From positions 1 to 45,673 of the forward strand of contig CAMVBX010000001.1 in NCBI GenBank assembly GCA_947165825.1: 45,673 bases of DNA, in the 5' to 3' direction. Shown here piece after piece: positions 18,634-25,339 of the stretch. Under the pieces are notes generated by a model that was given only the letters and a program-made list of their open reading frames with translations, ran no database searches and was not told the origin of the DNA. Numbering within the stretch: the first letter of the stretch is position 1; each line of letters opens with the position of its first letter. Both the position numbers and the translations under genes were made by a program. The DNA comes from an uncultured Clostridia bacterium. GTDB taxonomy: Bacteria > Bacillota > Clostridia > Oscillospirales > Oscillospiraceae.

Positions 18634-19442
18634 AAGTGATCTGCGTTGACGATGAGCGTCTCCTGATGGAGGACACCCTGGCCATGTGTCTCTCCCTGCC
18701 GGAGATCGACGAGGCGAAGGGATTTGTCTGGGCTCGGGACGCGCTGGAATGGACAGAACATAACCCGGTGGATCTGGCGCTTCTGGATATCGACATGCCG
18801 GATATGAACGGGATCATGCTGGCGGCGGAGATTAAGAACCGATCCCCCGGGACAGCGATTATTTTCCTCACCGGCTATGCCCAGTATGCGGTGGACGCGT
18901 TTGCCGTGCGGGCTTCCGGCTATTTGCTGAAGCCGGTCACCCGGGAGATGCTGGCCGCAGATGTGGCCTATGCGCTCTCCGGGAGGCGGAAGACGGCGGC
19001 GGTCCATGTGTTGGTCAGGACCTTCGGCCTGTTTGACGTATTTCTGGACGGGGCTCCGGTGAGATTCAAGATGGCGAAATGCAAGGAGCTTCTCGCCTAC
19101 CTGGTGGATCGGCAGGGAAGCAGCGTATCCCGGGCCGAGCTCTCCGCCGCCCTGTGGGAGGACCGCCCCTATGACCGGAAGCAGCAGAAGCAGCTGGATG
19201 TGTACATCCGCTCCCTGCGGGAAACGCTGGCGGATAACGGAATTGAGAACATTCTGGAGATGCAGAGGGGGACCCTGCGGATTATCCCGGAAACCTTTGA
19301 CTGTGACGCGTACCGTTTCTTTTCGGGGGACAGCGACGCGGTCAACGCCTATCGGGGGGAATACATGAGCGCCTATCCCTGGGCGAGCATCACGGAAGGC
19401 GCGATGTTCTGGCAGCAATGGGGGGAAGGCGGGAAGGATTGA
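18630..19442 (+). CDS. Response regulator: REC + SARP-type winged helix + truncated BTAD (COG3947-like)
   Basis: Its ATGA overlaps the kinase stop. REC motifs are LLDIDMPDMNG and YLLKP. The output domain LFDVFLDGAPVRF..AKCKELLAYLVDRQGSSVSRAELSAALWEDRP...LDVYIRSLRETL...LRIIPETFDCDAYRF matches the SARP/OmpR-family wHTH followed by the beginning of a BTAD. Confidence 0.85.
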   Translation: MKVICVDDERLLMEDTLAMCLSLPEIDEAKGFVWARDALEWTEHNPVDLALLDIDMPDMNGIMLAAEIKNRSPGTAIIFLTGYAQYAVDAFAVRASGYLLKPVTREMLAADVAYALSGRRKTAAVHVLVRTFGLFDVFLDGAPVRFKMAKCKELLAYLVDRQGSSVSRAELSAALWEDRPYDRKQQKQLDVYIRSLRETLADNGIENILEMQRGTLRIIPETFDCDAYRFFSGDSDAVNAYRGEYMSAYPWASITEGAMFWQQWGEGGKD

Positions 19443-19462
19443 CCCCACCGCCCCGGATGAAG

Positions 19463-19505
19463 AAGCCGTTTTTTTCCAAGAAACTGGAAGGAACGGCTTT
19501 TCTAT
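19463..19505 (+). terminator. Weak terminator candidate after the response regulator
   Basis: Stem aagccgtt / aacggctt around a long, partly paired loop, followed by a T-rich tctatt. Confidence 0.35.
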
Positions 19506-19536
19506 TGGACATTTATTGGACACGGACGGATAGACT
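19505..19536 (+). promoter_or_regulatory. Direct-repeat (TTGGACA-N4-TTGGACA) activator-type promoter, copy 1
   Basis: ttggaca ttta ttggaca cggacgga tagact. Two identical heptamers have 11-nt periodicity. The 3' heptamer lies 8 nt from a TAnnCT -10-like hexamer. The first 28 nt are identical to 40166-40193. Confidence 0.55.
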
Positions 19537-19555
19537 GTTTTCGGAAAGAGAATCG

Positions 19556-19782
19556 GACCCATGTCCCGTTCCGGGACATGGGCCAGACTGTAGACAAACC
19601 CGAAAATGGAACGAAAACGGGAAGGAAGATAGCGCGAAAGAAACCCAGGAGGGGTGTCTTTCGCGTTCAATCAGAAGTTTTTCGAACAATTTCTACCGTA
19701 TTTCCTGTTCGAAAAACTTGCTTCAGCGGGGCGACAAGACTTTGTCGACACGCTGACCCATGTCCCGTTCCGGGACATGGGC
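19556..19782. repeat. 227-bp hairpin-rich element bounded by ~43-nt imperfect inverted repeats (MITE/REP-cluster-like or structured 5' leader)
   Basis: The identical 28-nt gacccatgtcccgttccgggacatgggc occurs at 19556-19583 and 19755-19782. Each copy has an 11-bp stem and a 3-nt loop. The adjacent flanks cagactgtagacaaa (19584-19598) and actttgtcgacacgctga (19739-19756) are inverted relative to each other. Internal hairpins lie at 19633-19665 (9 bp) and 19678-19716 (11 bp). Confidence 0.6.
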
Positions 19783-19821
19783 AGCCGTCGGACGATCCGC
19801 CGCGGGAAAAGGAGTACGGCC

Positions 19822-20109
19822 ATGTCGGAACCTGGAAGCATATATGAACTGAGCGCCGATCAGCTGGAAGAGGTCAGCGGCGGAAGCCCGCAGCTCGGCA
19901 TCTACCGTCCCGGTTTCCGGTTCAGGGAAGAATCCCTGCGGTATTTTCGCCAGTGCGTCGGGGAGGAGACCTATGTCCGAGCCATGTCCAGCGAGGCGGG
20001 GCGGCGGCATCATTACGTCGTGGCCAGAGCGTTTCTGAGCCAGGCGGACTGGGAGAAATTCGTCTGGATCGAGCAGTTTGGCTCGCTGGACGGCTTTCCG
20101 GGCTGCTGA
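19822..20109 (+). CDS. Double-glycine-leader precursor protein (21-aa leader, 74-aa core)
   Basis: An AAGGAG RBS lies 7 nt before the ATG. The leader MSEPGSIYELSADQLEEVSGG fits the LSxxELxxIxGG consensus (L-12, L-7, V-4, GG). The core has two Cys, one of them the C-terminal residue. The gene lies immediately upstream of a C39-ABC exporter. Confidence 0.75.
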   Translation: MSEPGSIYELSADQLEEVSGGSPQLGIYRPGFRFREESLRYFRQCVGEETYVRAMSSEAGRRHHYVVARAFLSQADWEKFVWIEQFGSLDGFPGC

Positions 20110-20121
20110 GGAGAGAAAGAG

Positions 20122-20541
20122 ATGGAAGAACAGAAAACCATATTCCGAAAAAAAGCGCTGGAGCGGATCTCCTCTCCGGATCAGCTGACGGATTATCTCT
20201 GCGTGACGAACCCCGGGATCTGGGTGATCCTTGCCGCGATCCTTGCGCTCCTGGTCGGCCTCCTTGCCTGGGGGACCATCGGAACGCTGGAAACCAGCGC
20301 CAGGGTCAAGGTGATCATCGCGGATCATACGGCGGAGGTCGTTCCCCTGGGCAGCGAGCGCCTGGCGGAGGGAATGACGCTGTGTGTCGCGTCCCAGGAG
20401 ACCGTCATCGCCTCCACCGGCAGGGACGATTTCGGCAGGATCTTCGGCGTTGCGGAGCTCCCCCTGCCGGACGGCGTTTATGACGGGACCGTTGTGGTGG
20501 AACAAACGCGGCCCATCGACTTCCTGCTGGAAAGCCGGTAG
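20122..20541 (+). CDS. Short HlyD-like accessory protein of NHLM-type bacteriocin exporters
   Basis: The N-terminus FRKKALERISSPDQLTDYL followed by one TM helix resembles the start of NHLM-system HlyD proteins (TIGR03794, from memory). The protein is only 139 aa. Confidence 0.65.
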   Translation: MEEQKTIFRKKALERISSPDQLTDYLCVTNPGIWVILAAILALLVGLLAWGTIGTLETSARVKVIIADHTAEVVPLGSERLAEGMTLCVASQETVIASTGRDDFGRIFGVAELPLPDGVYDGTVVVEQTRPIDFLLESR

Positions 20542-20548
20542 TCCGTTT

Positions 20549-22726
20549 ATGAGCGGAATGAAGATCCGGTCGCCCCTCGCCAGGGGCGTTGCCAGGGTCC
20601 CCGTGATCCTGCAGCTGGAGGCGCTGGAGTGCGGCGCGGCGGCGCTGGCCATGGTCATGGCGTACTACGGCAAATGGGTGCCGCTGGAGCAGGTGCGCCT
20701 GGACTGCGGCGTCTCTCGGGACGGGAGCAAGGCTAAAAACATCTATCTGGCGGCGGAGCGCTACGGCTTTTCCGTTCAGGCCTTCCGCATGAGCCCGGAC
20801 GCCCTGCGGGAAAAGGGACGGTTCCCCTGCATCATCCACTGGAACATGAACCACTTTGTGGTGCTGGACGGGTTCCGGGGAAGGCACGTGTACCTGAACG
20901 ATCCTGCCAGGGGGGCGATCAGGGTGACCTGGGAGGAGTTCGACCGCTCCTTTACCGGCGTGACGATCATCCCCGTTCCCTCGGAACGCTTCGAGCCCAG
21001 CGGCAAGCGCCGCAGCACCGTGGAATTTGCCCGGAAGCGCCTGGCGGGCGCAGGGGCGGCGGTGGCCTTTGCGATGCTGACCACGGCGATCTCCTATCTC
21101 TTCGGCATTGCCAACTCCGTCACCTCCCGGATCTTCATGGACCGGCTGCTGACGGGGATCAATCCGGACTGGCTCTATCCCTTCATCGGTCTGATGGTCA
21201 TTCTGGCACTGATCCAGCTCATCGTGGCCTGGGCGCAGACGGTCTACTCCCTCCGGATCAACGGGAAGATGGCCGTCATCGGCAATACCACATATATGTG
21301 GAAGGTGCTTCGCCTGCCCATGGAATTCTTTTCCCAGCGGCTGGCGGGAGATATCCAGTCCCGGGCGGCCATGAACGCCGCCATCGCGGGAACGCTGGTG
21401 AACACCTTCGCTCCGCTCCTGCTGAATACCGGGATGATGATCTTCTACCTGGTGCTGATGCTGCGGCAGAGCCCGATGCTGACGCTGATCGGACTGGTGA
21501 CCCTGGTGCTGAACATCTTCATGTCCAGAGTGATCTCCAATCAGCGGATCAATACCACCCGGGTACAGATGCGCGACGCCGGAAAGCTGGAGGCGGCCAC
21601 AGTCAGCGGCATCGAAATGATCGAAACCATCAAGGCAAGCGGCGCGGAGAACGGCTTTTTCCAGAAATGGGCGGGCTATCAGGCCTCCGTCAATCTGCAG
21701 AGCGGAAAGATCGCGCTGACCGACTCCTTTCTGGGCATGATCCCGACCCTTCTCAGCACCCTGGCCGACTGCGCCGTTCTGGTGCTCGGCGTATGGATGA
21801 CCATGCAGGGCCGGTTCACCCTGGGCGCGGTGCTGATGTTCCAGGGGTTTCTGGGATCCTTCATGTCCCCGGCCATGACCCTGGTGAGCGCGGGTCAGAC
21901 GATCCAGGAGATGCGCACCCAGATGGAGCGGGTGGAGGACGTGATGGAATACCCCACGGACGAAAACGTCCTGGAGCGGGAGCCGGAAGCCCCGGAGCTG
22001 GCCAAGCTCAGGGGAAATGTGGAGCTCCGAAACGTAACCTTCGGTTATTCCCGGCTGGAGGCGCCCCTCATCCGGGACTTCTCCCTGAAGCTGAAAACCG
22101 GTGACCGGGTCGCCCTGGTCGGGGCGTCCGGCTGCGGAAAATCCACGATCTCCAAGCTGATCTCCGGCCTCTATCCGCCCTGGAGCGGGGAGATCCTTTT
22201 TGACGGCAAGCCCCGGAACGCCTATCCCCGGGAGGTCTTGTCGGGCTCGCTGGCCGTGGTGGATCAGGACATCATCCTTTTTGAGGATACCATAGCCAAC
22301 AACATCAAGATGTGGGACGACTCCATTCAGGATTTTGAGATGATTCTGGCCGCCCGGGACGCCCGGCTGCATGAGGACATCACGAAGCTTTCCGGGGGGT
22401 ATCAGCATCGGCTGACCAGCGGAGGCCGCGATCTCTCCGGCGGCCAGCGGCAGCGGCTGGAGATTGCCCGGGTCCTGGCCCAGGATCCCACCGTCATCAT
22501 TCTGGATGAAGCCACCTCCGCCCTGGATGCAAGAACGGAAAACGAGGTCGTTCAGGCCATTCGGGACCGGGGCATCACCTGCATCGTGATCGCCCACCGT
22601 CTCAGCACCGTGCGGGACTGCGACGAGATCATCGTCCTGGACAAGGGCCGGGCGGTGGAACGCGGCACCCATGATGAGCTGATGGCGCTGGGCGGCCTGT
22701 ATGCGGACCTGGTGGCGAACGAGTAA
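20549..22726 (+). CDS. Peptidase C39 domain-containing ABC transporter (PCAT; NHLM ABC1-like)
   Basis: C39 motifs are LQLEALECGAAALAMV (catalytic Cys) and HWNMNHFVVLDG (His). A 6-TM domain follows. The NBD carries Walker A GASGCGKST, the signature LSGGQRQR and Walker B IILDEATSALD. The start is ATG 20549 (alternative 20558). Confidence 0.9.
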   Translation: MSGMKIRSPLARGVARVPVILQLEALECGAAALAMVMAYYGKWVPLEQVRLDCGVSRDGSKAKNIYLAAERYGFSVQAFRMSPDALREKGRFPCIIHWNMNHFVVLDGFRGRHVYLNDPARGAIRVTWEEFDRSFTGVTIIPVPSERFEPSGKRRSTVEFARKRLAGAGAAVAFAMLTTAISYLFGIANSVTSRIFMDRLLTGINPDWLYPFIGLMVILALIQLIVAWAQTVYSLRINGKMAVIGNTTYMWKVLRLPMEFFSQRLAGDIQSRAAMNAAIAGTLVNTFAPLLLNTGMMIFYLVLMLRQSPMLTLIGLVTLVLNIFMSRVISNQRINTTRVQMRDAGKLEAATVSGIEMIETIKASGAENGFFQKWAGYQASVNLQSGKIALTDSFLGMIPTLLSTLADCAVLVLGVWMTMQGRFTLGAVLMFQGFLGSFMSPAMTLVSAGQTIQEMRTQMERVEDVMEYPTDENVLEREPEAPELAKLRGNVELRNVTFGYSRLEAPLIRDFSLKLKTGDRVALVGASGCGKSTISKLISGLYPPWSGEILFDGKPRNAYPREVLSGSLAVVDQDIILFEDTIANNIKMWDDSIQDFEMILAARDARLHEDITKLSGGYQHRLTSGGRDLSGGQRQRLEIARVLAQDPTVIILDEATSALDARTENEVVQAIRDRGITCIVIAHRLSTVRDCDEIIVLDKGRAVERGTHDELMALGGLYADLVANE

Positions 22727-22741
22727 GGCGGGGACGAGGAC

Positions 22742-24931
22742 ATGGGCTGGTTTGAGAACCAAATCGAAGAAAGACGCAGGGCCGACCAGCAGCTGCTGGA
22801 GGACTCCTTCCGCAAGATCGCCGGCGTGGTGCTGGGACAGCGCGCGGCGGAGAAGATCGGCGATGCCCGGATCGTCACGAAGGGCGCCATCGATGAGATC
22901 CTGAAGCACTATCATATCCAGCCGACGGAGCTTCCGGAGGACATCGCGGATACAGGCGACCAGCTGGATTATTGTCTGCGGCCCCATGGCATCATGCACC
23001 GCACCGTGGAGCTTGCGGAGGGCTGGTATCGGGACGCGTTCGGCCCCATCCTGGCCTTCACGAAGGAGGAAAGGATCCCCGTGGCGCTGCTGCCCGCCGC
23101 GATCCGCGGCTACAGCTTCACCGATCCCCGGACCGGGAAACGGGAAACCCTCAACAAGGTCACCGCCGCCCGCTTCGCCTCATCGGCGATCTGCTTTTAT
23201 CGGCCGCTGCCGCCCAAAAAGCTGGGGATCCCCGATCTCCTTCTGTACATGAAGCGCTGCGTGACCCTGAGCGATGTCGTCCTGATTGTTGCGGCAACGC
23301 TGGCGGTATCGGCAGTTGGACTGCTCATGCCCCGGATCACCAAGGCCCTGACCGGTCCGGTGCTCCTCAGCGGACGGAGCAGCGCCCTGATCGGCATCGC
23401 GGTGGCCATGGTCTGCATTTCCATCTCCTCCCGGCTCCTCAACAGCACGAAGGGGCTGGTCGGGAATCGCCTGGAGCTCAAGACCACACTGGGGGTGCAG
23501 GCGGCCATGATGATGCGGCTCCTGTCCCTTCCCGCGAGCTTTTTCCGGCAATACAGTCCGGGGGAGCTGAAAAGCCGCGCCATGTCGGTGAAGCAGCTCT
23601 GCTCCAGCATGCTGAGCATGGTCATGACGACCGGGCTGACATCTCTCACCTCCCTCCTGTATGTGGGACAGATCTTCCGTTATGCCCCGGCGCTGGTGAT
23701 CCCCTCCCTGATCACCATCCTTATCACGGTGGCGGTTTCTGCGGCTGCGACTTTAATGCAGATCGGGATCAGCCGGAAGCACATGGAGCATGCTGCCAAA
23801 GAATCCGGCATGAGTTACGCGCTGATCACCGGCGTACAGAAGATCAAGCTGGCCGGCGCGGAAAAGCGGGTCTTTGCCAAGTGGCTGGATGTATATGCCG
23901 AAGGCGCGGAGCTGGAGTATAACAGTCCGGCGTTTATCAAGCTGAACGGCGTGTTCTCCCTGGCGATCAGCCTTTTTTCCACCATCGTCCTGTACTATAC
24001 CGCGGTGAGCAGCGGCGTTGACCAATCCTCGTATTACGCCTTCACCGCATCCTATGGGATGCTCATGGGCGCGTTCCTGTCGTTGGCCGGAGTCGCCCTG
24101 TCCGCTGCCCGTATCCGGCCGATTCTGGAAATGGCTGAACCCTTCCTGCAGACCCCGCCGGAAACCGCGGAGGGCAAAAAGCCGGTGACAAGGCTCACCG
24201 GGAGCGTCGAGCTGGAGCATGTGTCGTTCCGGTATGGGAAGAATGAGCCGTATGTCCTGAACGATCTGTCGCTGAAGATCCGGGCGGGGGAGTATGTCGC
24301 CGTGGTAGGCAGGAGCGGCTGCGGCAAGTCCACCCTGGTCCGCCTGCTGCTGGGCTTCGAAAAGCCGGATACGGGAGCGATATTCTATGACGGCAGGGAT
24401 CTGGACAGCCTGGATCTGCCCTCCCTGCGCAGGAAGATCGGCACGGTCGCCCAGGACGCGGGACTGTTCCAGGGAGATATTTATTCCAATATCGTGATTT
24501 CCGCTCCGGAGCTTACGCTGGACCAGGCCTGGGAGGCTGCCGAAACGGCGGGCATTGCCGAGGAGATCCGGGCTATGCCCATGGGTATGCATACGCTCAT
24601 CTCCGAGGGGCAGAACGGGATTTCCGGCGGTCAGCGCCAGCGCATCATGATCGCCCGCGCCATAGCGCCGAAGCCGAAGCTGCTGATTTTCGACGAGGCG
24701 ACCAGCGCATTGGACAACCGGACCCAGCGCCGGGTCTCCGAAGCCCTGGATGCCATGGGCTGCACCCGCATCGTCATCGCCCATCGGCTGAGTACCATCC
24801 GGCACTGTGACAGGATCCTGGTGCTGGACGGGGGAAGGATCGTGGAGGACGGTACCTACGATCAGCTGATCGAACAGAACGGCTTTTTCGCCGAGCTGGT
24901 GGCGCGGCAGAGACTGGATACCGCTGGATAG
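22742..24931 (+). CDS. ABC transporter permease/ATPase without peptidase domain (NHLM ABC2-like)
   Basis: 729 aa. An N-terminal non-peptidase domain of about 160 aa is followed by a TMD. The NBD has GRSGCGKST, ISGGQRQR and LIFDEATSALD. Confidence 0.9.
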   Translation: MGWFENQIEERRRADQQLLEDSFRKIAGVVLGQRAAEKIGDARIVTKGAIDEILKHYHIQPTELPEDIADTGDQLDYCLRPHGIMHRTVELAEGWYRDAFGPILAFTKEERIPVALLPAAIRGYSFTDPRTGKRETLNKVTAARFASSAICFYRPLPPKKLGIPDLLLYMKRCVTLSDVVLIVAATLAVSAVGLLMPRITKALTGPVLLSGRSSALIGIAVAMVCISISSRLLNSTKGLVGNRLELKTTLGVQAAMMMRLLSLPASFFRQYSPGELKSRAMSVKQLCSSMLSMVMTTGLTSLTSLLYVGQIFRYAPALVIPSLITILITVAVSAAATLMQIGISRKHMEHAAKESGMSYALITGVQKIKLAGAEKRVFAKWLDVYAEGAELEYNSPAFIKLNGVFSLAISLFSTIVLYYTAVSSGVDQSSYYAFTASYGMLMGAFLSLAGVALSAARIRPILEMAEPFLQTPPETAEGKKPVTRLTGSVELEHVSFRYGKNEPYVLNDLSLKIRAGEYVAVVGRSGCGKSTLVRLLLGFEKPDTGAIFYDGRDLDSLDLPSLRRKIGTVAQDAGLFQGDIYSNIVISAPELTLDQAWEAAETAGIAEEIRAMPMGMHTLISEGQNGISGGQRQRIMIARAIAPKPKLLIFDEATSALDNRTQRRVSEALDAMGCTRIVIAHRLSTIRHCDRILVLDGGRIVEDGTYDQLIEQNGFFAELVARQRLDTAG

Positions 24932-24999
24932 CCCGTACGCTGAAACCGGGCTTTTCGGAATACAGATCGAAAACCAATATAGATTAGGAGGATATTGCA

Positions 25000-25161
25000 G
25001 TGGAAAACGTGAAAAAGACAGATTTGCCGGAGAAGGATACGGAACAGGTCGCCCTGGAGCCTAACGAGCTGAGTCAGGTGGCGGGTGGGGGAGATCCCTT
25101 CGCCGATATCCCCAGGGTGCCGGAGAATCCCATTGACGATGAGCTCAGGAAAGACGGTTAA
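25000..25161 (+). CDS. Small GG-leader peptide A1 (53 aa; predicted 23-aa core GDPFADIPRVPENPIDDELRKDG)
   Basis: Not in the supplied ORF track. A GTG start lies 8 nt after the AGGAGG at 24986-24991, and there is an in-frame stop at 24985. The leader ...LEPNELSQVAGG fits the double-glycine consensus exactly. The peptide is a paralog of A2. Confidence 0.7.
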   Translation: MENVKKTDLPEKDTEQVALEPNELSQVAGGGDPFADIPRVPENPIDDELRKDG

Positions 25162-25174
25162 GGAGGAACGCACC

Positions 25175-25339
25175 ATGCTGGAACTGCGGAAGAACGGGAA
25201 AGGGACTGATCGGGAGCCGGAAAAGGTGGCGCTGGATCTCAACGATCTGGATCTGGTAACGGGATCCGGCGATCCCTTTGAAAATATCCCCCGGGTACCG
25301 GAAAAGGAGATCGATCCCGAGCTCCGGAACGATGCCTGA
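25175..25339 (+). CDS. Small GS-leader peptide A2 (54 aa; predicted 23-aa core GDPFENIPRVPEKEIDPELRNDA)
   Basis: An internal ATG of the listed 84-aa ORF lies 8 nt after an AAGGAGG that overlaps the A1 stop. The leader is ...LDLNDLDLVTGS. The core is 16/23 identical to A1. Confidence 0.75.
   Translation: MLELRKNGKGTDREPEKVALDLNDLDLVTGSGDPFENIPRVPEKEIDPELRNDA

Noticed and set aside
19556-19782. CRISPR array or transcription terminators formed by the repeated 28-nt palindrome.
   Set aside because: There are only two copies, no regular spacer pattern and no cas genes. The hairpins lack downstream U-tracts, so they are not canonical intrinsic terminators.
19654-20109. 151-aa extended form of the GG-leader protein. 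It would give a 77-aa leader of NHLP-like length.
   Set aside because: The GTG lies only 1 nt after its AGGAGG. The extension is A/T-rich at third positions, unlike all real genes here. It is simply the translation of the hairpin-rich element. The ATG at 19822 has a well-spaced AAGGAG.
25085-25339. 84-aa ORF from the track as the true A2 gene.
   Set aside because: Its first 30 codons overlap the 3' end of A1 in another frame and lack an RBS. The internal ATG at 25175 has an AAGGAGG 8 nt upstream and yields a peptide colinear with A1.
25000-25339. Lasso peptide, lanthipeptide or sactipeptide interpretation of the GDPF cores.
   Set aside because: The cores contain no Cys, Ser or Thr. No lasso cyclase or B-protein, LanM/LanBC or radical-SAM gene is present. 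The acidic residue spacing relative to Gly1 (D2, D6) does not fit the usual 7-9 residue macrolactam.
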